This document shows positions 21,901-31,454 of a stretch of DNA of 64,000 bases, in pieces (the first letter of the stretch is position 1; every line of letters starts with the position of its first letter). The translations under genes and the position numbers were made by a program. Source of the stretch: Tetramitus jugosus (Eukaryota; Protista; Heterolobosea); the NCBI GenBank assembly GCA_937625935.1, contig OW569355.1, forward strand, positions 62,001 through 126,000. The letters run 5' to 3'. Below the pieces are notes generated by a model. It was not told where the DNA came from. It worked only from the letters and a program-made list of their open reading frames with translations, and did no database searches.

Positions 21901-22612
21901 GAACGTTGAAAGCCTCAGACGTTGTCGAATAACCACCACTACCTCCACTGTTGTTATTGTTACTGCTGCTACTACTCTGCTGCAGAGCTGGCAATTGAGT
22001 CAATGGCAAAATTTTAATAGATCCCTGATACAAGTGAAGAACCACCATTTTGGACAAGGGATCAAACAAGGCAAATATTCCATTTTCAGTGACTCGTTCT
22101 CTGTGTTCCTGCACGTTTCCAGCTGCCACTGTTTCAATCTCATTGGTCCTACTATTGTATCTCAGAATGCACGTATCATAGTTTTCAGTCATCAAAAACA
22201 AGTAATCTTGTTGTTGTTGTTGTTGTTGTGTCGCAAAGGAACTTCCACCACCACTACTACTACTACTACTGGAAGCAGTAGATGATGATGATGATGACAA
22301 TGAGGATGAAGATGACAATGATTGAGCACAGGGCCTGAACAACTCCATACATGCAATACGACCATAAATGGGCACTTCAAGAACAGGTTGAACACCTTCT
22401 TCAGTGATTCGATGGATCTCAATCAGTGTACACTTACCAATAATGAGATTTCGATCTGTTGGTGATGTGAAATTACCAGCGAGAGAATGACTGACACAGG
22501 TTGGTTTTTGAGCTGTGACCGCATAGTGATAAATGGAGTCACTCATGATTGTTGATGATGAAGAAGAAGGTTGTTGTTGGTGTTGTTGTTGTTGATCAGA
22601 GGTGGTGGACAT
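18995..22612 (-). CDS. DDB1: DNA damage-binding protein 1 (CUL4 adaptor)
   Basis: [69 protein letters not shown]. ATG at 22612. Confidence 0.95.
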   Translation of the reverse strand: [1205 protein letters not shown]

Positions 22613-22748
22613 GATGATGATGGAAAAAAAACAAGTGGAGAGCTTTTGGTTGAGCTGGTGTGCTGTGTTTTGTTTGATGACGGAGAAAGCTCCTCGTTTT
22701 TTGAAGATCAAGAATTTGAGCGGGATCAATGTTCGGGAAAAAGTTTGG

Positions 22749-22756
22749 GCGCGAAA
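22749..22756 (-). promoter_or_regulatory. E2F-like site upstream of DDB1
   Basis: GCGCGAAA on the plus strand = TTTCGCGC on the minus strand. Confidence 0.4.
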
Positions 22757-22846
22757 TTTCGGTTGTGATCTTTGTGCTTAAGGTTGTTGGTTGGGAATGG
22801 TTTATTGGACGACAAACTCGCTTACTGTATCTGAAAGATAGCTCGC

Positions 22847-23863
22847 TTAAGCCTGTCTGATAACATAGACATTTCCTGCAGGGTCTCTGCAAACGAGGTG
22901 ATTACATCTCAATGGAACTGGGGCTAAGTTTTCTCCTCTTCTCACAACTGGTGCATCGCTCAAAGAAAAGGAAGGTCTTGGTCTTACAATATGGTTGTTT
23001 TTGTCAGACATGGACCATCCAAGTTGTCTATATTTTCCTTGAGTTTGGATGACTCCTCTGTCACTCATTGAGAATGAAGGGCGAGGTCTCTTATCGGACA
23101 GTGAGAATCCAGATGGCTTATGCCTTCCACCCTTAAAACGGTTGCTTATGTCGCTCATGGAGAATGAAGGACGAAGTCTCTTCTTATCAGACATTGAGAA
23201 TCCAGATTGCTTCTTTGCTACAGCTGGCAAAACATCAGAGAGAGACCACCACCAATTTTTGTAGTGTTGAGATTCACTGTCAGACAAGGAGAAGGCAGTT
23301 CTATAGGCATTTGTGTAAGCCTTAGCACCAGTAAACTCGGACAAGGAAAAAGTAGGTCTATAGCCACCAACCAGACCACCCTTTGGCGAATCACTAGCAA
23401 AGGAAGTCTTTGGCTTTCTGTATGCAAGATCAATGCTTTTCTTAACACTTCTCTTGTCAAAACCAAGAGGCAAAATTCTATCACTAGCAAATGAAGTTCT
23501 TGGCTTAATGTACGCAATCTGCTTATAAAGACGCGTTTCATCAGAGTAAAACTTGTCACCACGAGGCATCAGATCACTCCACGTACTTGGCTTATTGAAT
23601 CTCTCAATTCTCTTGTCAAAACCAATTGGCAAAATTCGATCAGTGGAAAAAACTGGTTTGTACAATTGATAGTTGACTGGAGTTTCCTCACTCAATGACC
23701 AACCACCTGCCTTTCTACCGTTATCACTCATTGAAAATGAGCCTCTTGGCTTGAGACCTAGCAGTTTTCTGCTGATAACAATTGGACGATAAGCTGCGAC
23801 AAATGAACAAGCAAACAGTGCGAACACGAGAGCTGCGACAATCAGACGAATATTCATTCTCAT
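22847..23863 (-). CDS. Secreted repetitive polyprotein A (putative multi-core peptide precursor)
   Basis: Signal peptide (LIVAALVFALFACSFVAA); ~18 cassettes ending in [FW]S[ML]S[DE] or related FxSD/GFD; C-terminal CNHLVCRD module. Confidence 0.85.
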   Translation of the reverse strand: MRMNIRLIVAALVFALFACSFVAAYRPIVISRKLLGLKPRGSFSMSDNGRKAGGWSLSEETPVNYQLYKPVFSTDRILPIGFDKRIERFNKPSTWSDLMPRGDKFYSDETRLYKQIAYIKPRTSFASDRILPLGFDKRSVKKSIDLAYRKPKTSFASDSPKGGLVGGYRPTFSLSEFTGAKAYTNAYRTAFSLSDSESQHYKNWWWSLSDVLPAVAKKQSGFSMSDKKRLRPSFSMSDISNRFKGGRHKPSGFSLSDKRPRPSFSMSDRGVIQTQGKYRQLGWSMSDKNNHIVRPRPSFSLSDAPVVRRGENLAPVPLRCNHLVCRDPAGNVYVIRQA

Positions 23864-24128
23864 TGTGTGTTTGTAGTTGTGGTTGGGTATATATGTAAGA
23901 GATAGTATGGATGATGGTGCAGCTTTTTTTTATGTGGTGCAGATGGCCAGTTTGGAAGAAGAGGGGAAACGGAGAGTTCGTATGCGACATGTGACGCTTT
24001 TCCTGGATTGGCAGCATCGCATTGTAAGAATTCCCAGAGATGTTTCTAAATTCCTTTTGTATTTCATTCATTTGACTGTACAACGCTTTGGAGAAAGGGA
24101 GTCAATTGCTCTCGTTGCGCAATTGTCT

Positions 24129-24899
24129 TTATTGGACACGCTTCAAGATGACATACTTTCCTGACAAATCCTTGCAAACAAATTGAGTACACTTGAGAAG
24201 GACTGGAACCTCTTTCCCACTGGTACTTCTCTTGATAACAGTCAAATCGCTAGAGAATGAAGGACGAGTCTTAATCACCAGGTTTGGCTTATTGTCAGAC
24301 ATGGAGAACACTTGATTTTTCTTGATTGTGAGCAAATCGGATGACAACTTCATCTTTCTTCTTGGTCTAACGGAGGCAACCTGAACATCAGAGTAGAATC
24401 CTCGTGGATATAGATCAGAATAGAATCCCCTTGGATATCCTCTTGGATAGAGATCAGAGTAAAATCCCCTTGGATAGAGGTCAGCCATCTCTTGTTGTTC
24501 TTGATAGTAGTACACTGGAGCAATCTTTGAAGAGCGAATACGGTCACTCATGGAGAATGAATTCGAATAAGCTCTTGGCTGAACAACACCATCAGTGGAA
24601 AATGAAGAAGCGTATGCAGTGGATTGGATATCGGCAGGCACATCACTCATGGACCAACCACCATCTCTTCTTCTTCCATGATCACTCATGAAGGAGGATC
24701 TCTTGTATCTTTTGATCTCAGAGTCACTCATTGAGAAGGAATAAGGCTGCTTGAGACCGACTTGAATAATTTTGTAAGCAGTGTTGCTGTCACTGTGACT
24801 GTCACTGGAAAAGTAATTGTAACCATGTCCGTATGCCATGACAGTTCCTGCATAGCAAACGACCAATGCTAGGAGAATGAAAAACTTGCTGGAAGACAT
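24129..24899 (-). CDS. Secreted repetitive polyprotein B, paralog of A
   Basis: Signal peptide (FFILLALVVCYAGTVMA); ~14 cassettes ending in FSMSD/WSMSD/FYSD/FSSD; C-terminal CTQFVCKD module. Confidence 0.85.
   Translation of the reverse strand: MSSSKFFILLALVVCYAGTVMAYGHGYNYFSSDSHSDSNTAYKIIQVGLKQPYSFSMSDSEIKRYKRSSFMSDHGRRRDGGWSMSDVPADIQSTAYASSFSTDGVVQPRAYSNSFSMSDRIRSSKIAPVYYYQEQQEMADLYPRGFYSDLYPRGYPRGFYSDLYPRGFYSDVQVASVRPRRKMKLSSDLLTIKKNQVFSMSDNKPNLVIKTRPSFSSDLTVIKRSTSGKEVPVLLKCTQFVCKDLSGKYVILKRVQ
24390..24482. repeat. Coding tandem repeat (~27-bp unit) encoding LYPRGFYSD x3, one copy with an internal YPRG duplication
   Basis: DLYPRGFYSDLYPRGYPRGFYSDLYPRGFYSD in ORF 24129..24899. Confidence 0.85.
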
Positions 24900-25199
24900 T
24901 CTGTTCTGAAGATGTTTTTGTGAATGATATTTTGTGAATGCGAGCTAAGTGAAGAACCGATTTCAACAAGGGGAATTGGGTTCCCAGAGAAGACATTTGA
25001 CGTTTTCGCTTCGAGCGGGGATATTGCATGCACGTGCAATTCCTTCCCCTTCGTGAGGATTACGGACAGATCAAATGGTTCACAGGTGACAATCTTCTGC
25101 ATCACTTACGATGTCAGCACGCACAGATCTGAGAGCCCGAACCTGTCCGAACAATTTCAGATTTGTTTTTTGCCAAGAGAAAATGGAGTTTATCGGAAA

Positions 25200-28100
25200 T
25201 TACAGACAGAAGACAAATTCCGTGACAGCATGAGCCAGAATGACAAACTCAATGTTCTGCTGCACAAAGAACATGTAGCAGTAGATGAGGGAGGTGAGGC
25301 CGTGGATCACGATGCATCTCACCAATGCAATTGACCACATAAATAAGTTCGTCGGTGGATACATTGTCATTTCCCAAGGACACTTGGTAAGGGCAAACAA
25401 AATGGAGGCCGTAATCATGGCCGTGATGATTACGCCGTTCACTCTTCCATTCATTGTCACGGTAGCGTTCACTGATTCGTCGACTGGCACATCATCTGCT
25501 GGCTTCTTTTGCTCGGCATTTGGCTCGATGTTGAGATAGTTCTTAATCGCTCCTTCAATATCGATGGGAGAAAGAGTCAAAAACTGTCTGCCATACTTCT
25601 TCAGAGTATTGACAACAAAGTGCGAGTTTGAATTATCTTTTTGCTGGATCAAATAGACTCTGACTCTTCTGGCAACTTCAACAAGGAAGAGGAACAAGAA
25701 TAATCGGCCAAGTAATTCATCAGACACAGCACAATATAGACTGTAGAACAATCTCTTCCACAATGCAACGTTGGTGATCAATGTGACATCTGCAACCAAA
25801 TCACTTACAGCTGGTGAAGCCACAGCCAGAGAGGAGTTGTCATTAGAGAAAGGAACGAGACTTGTGGAGGGAATAATCCATCTGAAGAAGAACAACCAAT
25901 CAATAAACTTCATCACTAAACCGAGACATAGTCCCCACAAGCAGCTACTCTTTGCATTTTCGATGAACTGGTTGTCAAAAGAGAACATTGAAATATCTGG
26001 ATTCTGTACAAGGAGGATACTTCTCACAGTCTTCATCAAATAAGTTCCATTCATGTGCATATTCAACTGTCTCGCCAGCTTCAAACCAAATGTCGAAAAT
26101 AGAGTAATCACTCCAAAACAGGCCAACCCGTGCCTGAAAATATATTCGGATGTTTCAAGTTCGTCTTCTAACGTTCTACCAGATGATGATCGCGTTGACA
26201 GTGATGCAAGTACTTGATGTATGAATGGGAATGCTAATATAATACAGAATGTACAAATAAATCCCCAAGCAATGGCTGTCACAGCAGGATGGAAATCCTC
26301 TGATTGTTGCTGTACAACAACAGGCTTAAGTTGAACTGAGACAACTTGTTCCTTTTTTGCTTCTTCTGCTGATAGGAGTTGAGCTTCTTGATGCTTAATG
26401 CGGATTCTCATCTTTTGGACATCGTTTTGCAAGTTTTTGTTCTCTTCATCCAACTTTTGCTTCACATTTTCCATTTCAGATAACTTTTCGCTCAACTTGT
26501 TTTGTTCTTCCTTTGTAGATGACTCGCGTTGCATTGCTTCACGGCATTCTTCTTCCTTTGCATGTAAAGTGCTGTTCAGGCGTGATAATTCTTCATTTAA
26601 TTCATCAATTCTGTTGCTGAGCTTCAAGCGTTCCTCGCTAAGAGTGCTATTGGATGACTCCAAATCAGATACCTTTTGTTGAAGTTCAGTGATATTGTCA
26701 TTCAGTACCTGTATTCTTGATTCATAGGCTGATTTCTGGGATTGAGAATTCTCAGCCTCTCTACTCAACAGTGACTCTACTTGGAGCTTGTATTGCACAA
26801 GTGCTTGTTCTGCTCCCTGTAGTTTCTCCTTCAATTCCTTATTCTCTGAGACGAGTGCTTCCATGCGAGGTGAATTGTCTTCATTCGTGCTTTGCTTTGA
26901 TTTTTTGATTGAATCGAACAGAGAGAATGACCTCTTGGTCTGCAACTTATCGGGCAGAGGAGATATGACTCCAGTGTCACTTGTGAACGAAATGGATGGA
27001 GATCCAGTGTTGCGAGGGGAGATGGACAGCTTTTCTTTCGTCTGCGTAGATCTCATGTCCGGACTACCACTGATCGGAATTGAACCAGAGCCCGAATTGG
27101 CTCTCTCTCTGGACGCCAACATGTCCAATGAAACACTTCTTGTCATTGCATTATCCAACAACGACTGAGGCTCACGCAAACTCTTCGCACTACTGCTACT
27201 GGTGCTTCGCGATCTCATCTCCGAGTCATCTTCCTCCAAATCAGAATGAGTGTCGTCTTCCTCCGTTAAAATATTATCTACAGAAACAACAGTGTCAGAA
27301 TCAACAGTCTCCTCATCCATATCCGTAAACTTTGGTTCGATATTCATCTTCAACAACAGTAGACCACCTGTTGTTGGCGATGACAAATCCAGTGTGTTCT
27401 CACTGTCATCATTCGCCGAAGTTGTCATTTTCCCACTGCTGTTACTTCGACTAAACAACGGTGTCTTACTAAATAGACTCAATCGCTTCTTCTCTGTTGG
27501 TATCGGTGGCGGTACAACCTTTGCAAACGACTTGTTCGTCAATGTCATCATTGGCAACGTTGCCGTACACTGCTCGCCCAGTTTTTGTTGACGCTGTTTC
27601 ATTTGTGTGAAGCAATCGGACAAATCATACACGTGACTACAAATTTTCTTGTTGAGCAAGTTGGTAGCGAGTTGTGAGTCAATAAACTTGAATTGGTCGT
27701 CCACAAACTCCTCAATCGTAATTTTTAGCTGCTTCTGTTTCCATGATTGCTCAATAAGAGTGTTTGGATTACTGGATAGCTTGTCAGATGACAATGGTTC
27801 CATTGTGGCAACAAAGCTAAACATTGGTGTTGACACTCGATCAAAATCATATTCATTGGTAGTCGGATTGAACGTTGCTGTTGCAATTTTTCCTCCTCTA
27901 AAAAAAATAGCATCATTATCATCAATCACAGTATGATGATTGAATCATGCACAATCAACAGAGATCAAACAAGAGAGAGAAAATGTATGTGTAAGAAAAT
28001 GGGCACGCAAAACAAACAAGCAACAATAACAAGAATAATGGTTAAAATATGACAAACTTTTTGTGACCTCTCTTCCAAGAAATGACAATTTTCTTCTGTA

Positions 28101-28326
28101 AAACACCAGTCCTGGGAGCACTGCTGTCTGACTCACCCAACACACGATCATTGATTGCTTCAATCATTTGATTGATATTGTTGGCAATTTTGAGACCACT
28201 GAGCATTGATTTTCTGGATTGTTGCTGTTGTTGAATGAGACATGTTAAGCTCTGGAGTTGAATTGTGAATTCACATGCATGACCTCTCTTGATACCACCA
28301 AATCTGTTTTTTTTGTTCACGTTCAT
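25200..28326 (-). CDS. NT-C2 domain + coiled coil + multi-TM CPBP/Abi (Rce1-like) domain protein (intron 27898-28057)
   Basis: Exon 1 (EFTIQLQSL..ISWKRG) splices in frame via GTTTGT..TTTAG to GGKIATA. Central heptad region. The C-terminal TM region has SDELLGRLF, SILFALTK and LAHAVTEF at the positions of CPBP motifs EExxxR, FxxxH and HxxxN. Confidence 0.7.
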
Positions 28327-28835
28327 GTTGATGTTTTGTTGTCGTTGGTTTCTGTGTGAGTTACCACCGAAATAAATTTTTCTACTTTGGCTTCTCTTCT
28401 GGGGACAAGGTGGTGGTTGTTTTCTGCTCTGTGTTATTACAAACGTTTGACCTCAAAAGAGAAACCAAAAGCGATATTTCGAAAATAGAGGTACGACGCA
28501 ACAAGAAGCACGTGACAACGATCGAGGTGATCGTTGAGAGGAAATGGAGAAATGAGGGTAATTGGAGAGTATTCTCCTCATTCACACGTAGTGCCAACAC
28601 ACCTGTGTAAAACCCATTCACACATCTTCACTAAAACCCCTTCGAGGAGATATTTCAGCCGTTGAGATATTATTATTCGAGAATTCGCGATATACTTAGG
28701 ATCAAAAACTCCGCTCCTTCATACAATTTCAATACCATGGCCAGTTTGTGAGAACAGGATCTCTGGTGACTCGCCATCTGTTCTTGTTCTCAATCAAGAA
28801 ACAAAACACATTGAAGATTTCTGAGTACTCAAATC

Positions 28836-31400
28836 ATGTTTTCGATCGGTCAACCCTTTTCTCACGAACTTACAAAATTTGAAAAGACGAGACAGGATCA
28901 TAATTTGAACCCTAATACTTGTCCCTATTGGGGTCCTTCTTACCGTAAACCTTATCCAACCAACACATGGTGGATCAACCTTGTTCTCGATGGAAATAAC
29001 CCCATTCAGACCTATCCCTATCTCATCAAGGCACATGAAGGATTCAAGGTTTGCTATCCCAGTAGAGTCGCCAATCCAGACTTTATTCTCGAACCATTTG
29101 TTGACAATTTGACTCTGACAGCCAAAGAGCCCATGGGAACTCGTTCTGTCATGTGCCATGATGACCTCTCCGTCACTGTTCAATACTCGAATCCGTATGA
29201 TCAGGGTGCCACCCTGCAGAGTCCCATTTTTCGAGGACAAGTCTACCACACAGTAGAGTACAATAGCATGACTCCGTTGATTCGATCGATTCATGCCATT
29301 CTCAAAGTCAATGGACGCTATTTGAACGAGTACTATCAAGGAGGTGGTGCAGCCAACACCCCTACATTGTCAACCAACAAACTCAAACTAGAATTGAACA
29401 ATGGACAAACATGGATCGTGTACAGCTCTAGTACTATTGCATGGAACATTGGAATGTCTCACTTGGAGGCCTACTGTCCCTTCCAAGGTGTCATTCGAGT
29501 GGCACATGTGCTTCAACCGAATTTCGAACCTGCATTGGACCAATTTCAAGGCACTTATCCGGTGTCTGCTTTAGTGGACATGTTTGTAGCTCATACGGAA
29601 GATTCAGGTGACGTGGGCACTGTTGTTTTTCGATTCTCCAAGAGAGGCAACGGACCCATCATTCTGTTCACTCTACCTCATCATCGAGACATCCTAAGAG
29701 AACCCATATATACGAGACCACGGTTGCGCTATCGTAGCATCAAGGGATGGTGTGAAGCAGTGATTGGAGATGAGTGGCTCATGGATGATACACTCGTACA
29801 GGATATTGGCTTTTACTCCCGTTATTCCATCCCCATGGAACGCATTCCCACCTTGGTTGACTCACTGAGAGCTGACTCGGATTTTATGCCCACAGCGAAT
29901 GATCCCTACTTTTATGGAAAATCCATTGCCAAGTTGGGTCGGTTAGCTGTGATTGCCGACGAGTTAGCACAACCAGATTTAGCACGAAAGATACGTGAGA
30001 ATATGAAGCAGTCCATTGACAAGTGGCTCGACGGCATCATCTATAATGCTGTTGAACAAGATAATAAGCTTGTTTATGAGAGGAGTTATGGAGCTCTGGT
30101 GAGCAAGAAGAGTGTTGGAAATCCACATGCTGACTTTGGTCAATACTATATGAACGATCACCATTTTCACTATGGCTACTTTGTGTATGCAGCTGCATGC
30201 ATTATCAAGGAGGACATTGACTGGGGAAAATTGTATCGTAGCAAGATACTAGAGATTGTGCGTGACTATGCCAATCCGAGCAAGAACGATCCAGAGTATC
30301 CCTACCTGAGATGCAAGGATTGGTATACGGGACACTCGTTTGCAGCAGGATTATTCCCATTTGCAGATAGTAGAAACCAAGAATCTACTTCTGAAGCTGT
30401 AAATGCATACTACGCAGTGTACTTGCTAGGAATGTCTCTGAACGATGAGAACATGACAGATGTGGGTCGATTATTGATGCAAACAGAGATTCGATCCGCA
30501 CAAAAGTATTGGCAAATTAAGGATGAGAACAATGACATTTACGAACGAGAATTCTCAAAGAATCGCGTCGTTGGTGTACTGTGGGAAACAAAGGTCGATT
30601 ATGCAACGTTCTTTGGTAAGAATGTAGAGTACATTCACGGAATTCAGATGCTTCCCTTCACACCTATCACAGAAGATTTGTTAGACCCTGATTGGATCAA
30701 AGGTGCCTGTCAAGTGTATGGAGAAGCTTTCCGAAGAAGTCAACCCAAGCTCGAAGAAGGATGGAAGGGATTCTTGTTGATGGCTAATTCGATAATTGAC
30801 AAGGAAGGAGCCACGAATTTTATTCAAAAGTTGACTGGTTTCGATGACGGAAACTCAAGAACCAATACCTTGTATTTTCTGTACACTCGGCCTGGTCGAG
30901 ACAATCACAAGAGAGCGTCAATTTACTCTGGTGTTGAGAGACGAGTCATGGAAGAGGAAGAGGTGCGATCGAATCGTAGTATGCTCGTACCTTATGACCG
31001 AAGATCCTACAACACTGCGCCATTGTCTCCAGAGTATCAACGACCTCCACCGCAACCTATCGTACCATACAGGAGTCCTACTTCGCCCATGTACCGCCAA
31101 CAACCTCCTTACAATTATCCATATCAACACTCGCAATACCTCAGTCCTACTTCCCCATCACCGTATGGACCACCTCCTCCTGCTCAGCATCCATATCCTT
31201 ATCACGCTGGTTATCCTGCCAGACAAGCTTTGACACCACCTCCTCCGCAACCATCAAGTCAAGCTCTTTCACCTCCTTTGCCTGCTCCAATGTCTCCTGG
31301 TCCGATTGCAGTATATCCTGGAGTTATTGTTTATAAACGTGAACGGATGTCCACGAGAGCAAGAAAGATGCTGAAAAGGGCCAAGAAAGAATTCTTTTGA
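28836..31400 (+). CDS. GH81 endo-1,3-beta-glucanase, no signal peptide, Pro/Tyr-rich tail
   Basis: PTNTWW, DPYFYGK, MNDHHFHYGYF, WYTGHSFAAG, RNQESTSEAVNAYY, IHGIQMLPFTP. Confidence 0.92.
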   Translation: MFSIGQPFSHELTKFEKTRQDHNLNPNTCPYWGPSYRKPYPTNTWWINLVLDGNNPIQTYPYLIKAHEGFKVCYPSRVANPDFILEPFVDNLTLTAKEPMGTRSVMCHDDLSVTVQYSNPYDQGATLQSPIFRGQVYHTVEYNSMTPLIRSIHAILKVNGRYLNEYYQGGGAANTPTLSTNKLKLELNNGQTWIVYSSSTIAWNIGMSHLEAYCPFQGVIRVAHVLQPNFEPALDQFQGTYPVSALVDMFVAHTEDSGDVGTVVFRFSKRGNGPIILFTLPHHRDILREPIYTRPRLRYRSIKGWCEAVIGDEWLMDDTLVQDIGFYSRYSIPMERIPTLVDSLRADSDFMPTANDPYFYGKSIAKLGRLAVIADELAQPDLARKIRENMKQSIDKWLDGIIYNAVEQDNKLVYERSYGALVSKKSVGNPHADFGQYYMNDHHFHYGYFVYAAACIIKEDIDWGKLYRSKILEIVRDYANPSKNDPEYPYLRCKDWYTGHSFAAGLFPFADSRNQESTSEAVNAYYAVYLLGMSLNDENMTDVGRLLMQTEIRSAQKYWQIKDENNDIYEREFSKNRVVGVLWETKVDYATFFGKNVEYIHGIQMLPFTPITEDLLDPDWIKGACQVYGEAFRRSQPKLEEGWKGFLLMANSIIDKEGATNFIQKLTGFDDGNSRTNTLYFLYTRPGRDNHKRASIYSGVERRVMEEEEVRSNRSMLVPYDRRSYNTAPLSPEYQRPPPQPIVPYRSPTSPMYRQQPPYNYPYQHSQYLSPTSPSPYGPPPPAQHPYPYHAGYPARQALTPPPPQPSSQALSPPLPAPMSPGPIAVYPGVIVYKRERMSTRARKMLKRAKKEFF

Positions 31401-31454
31401 ACCTTGACTCCAACAACTCCATGATAAAAAAGAATAATTTAATTAGAACATTGA

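Noticed and set aside
22613-22729. Extended N-termini from non-ATG starts in the ORF track (DDB1, also 3355, 4745, 35633, 49374, 53454)
   Set aside because: Eukaryotic genes; the first in-frame ATG gives sensible starts.
22960-23750. Repeat-spacer pattern as a CRISPR-like array
   Set aside because: Conservation is at the amino-acid level with synonymous variation, inside an ORF with a signal peptide.
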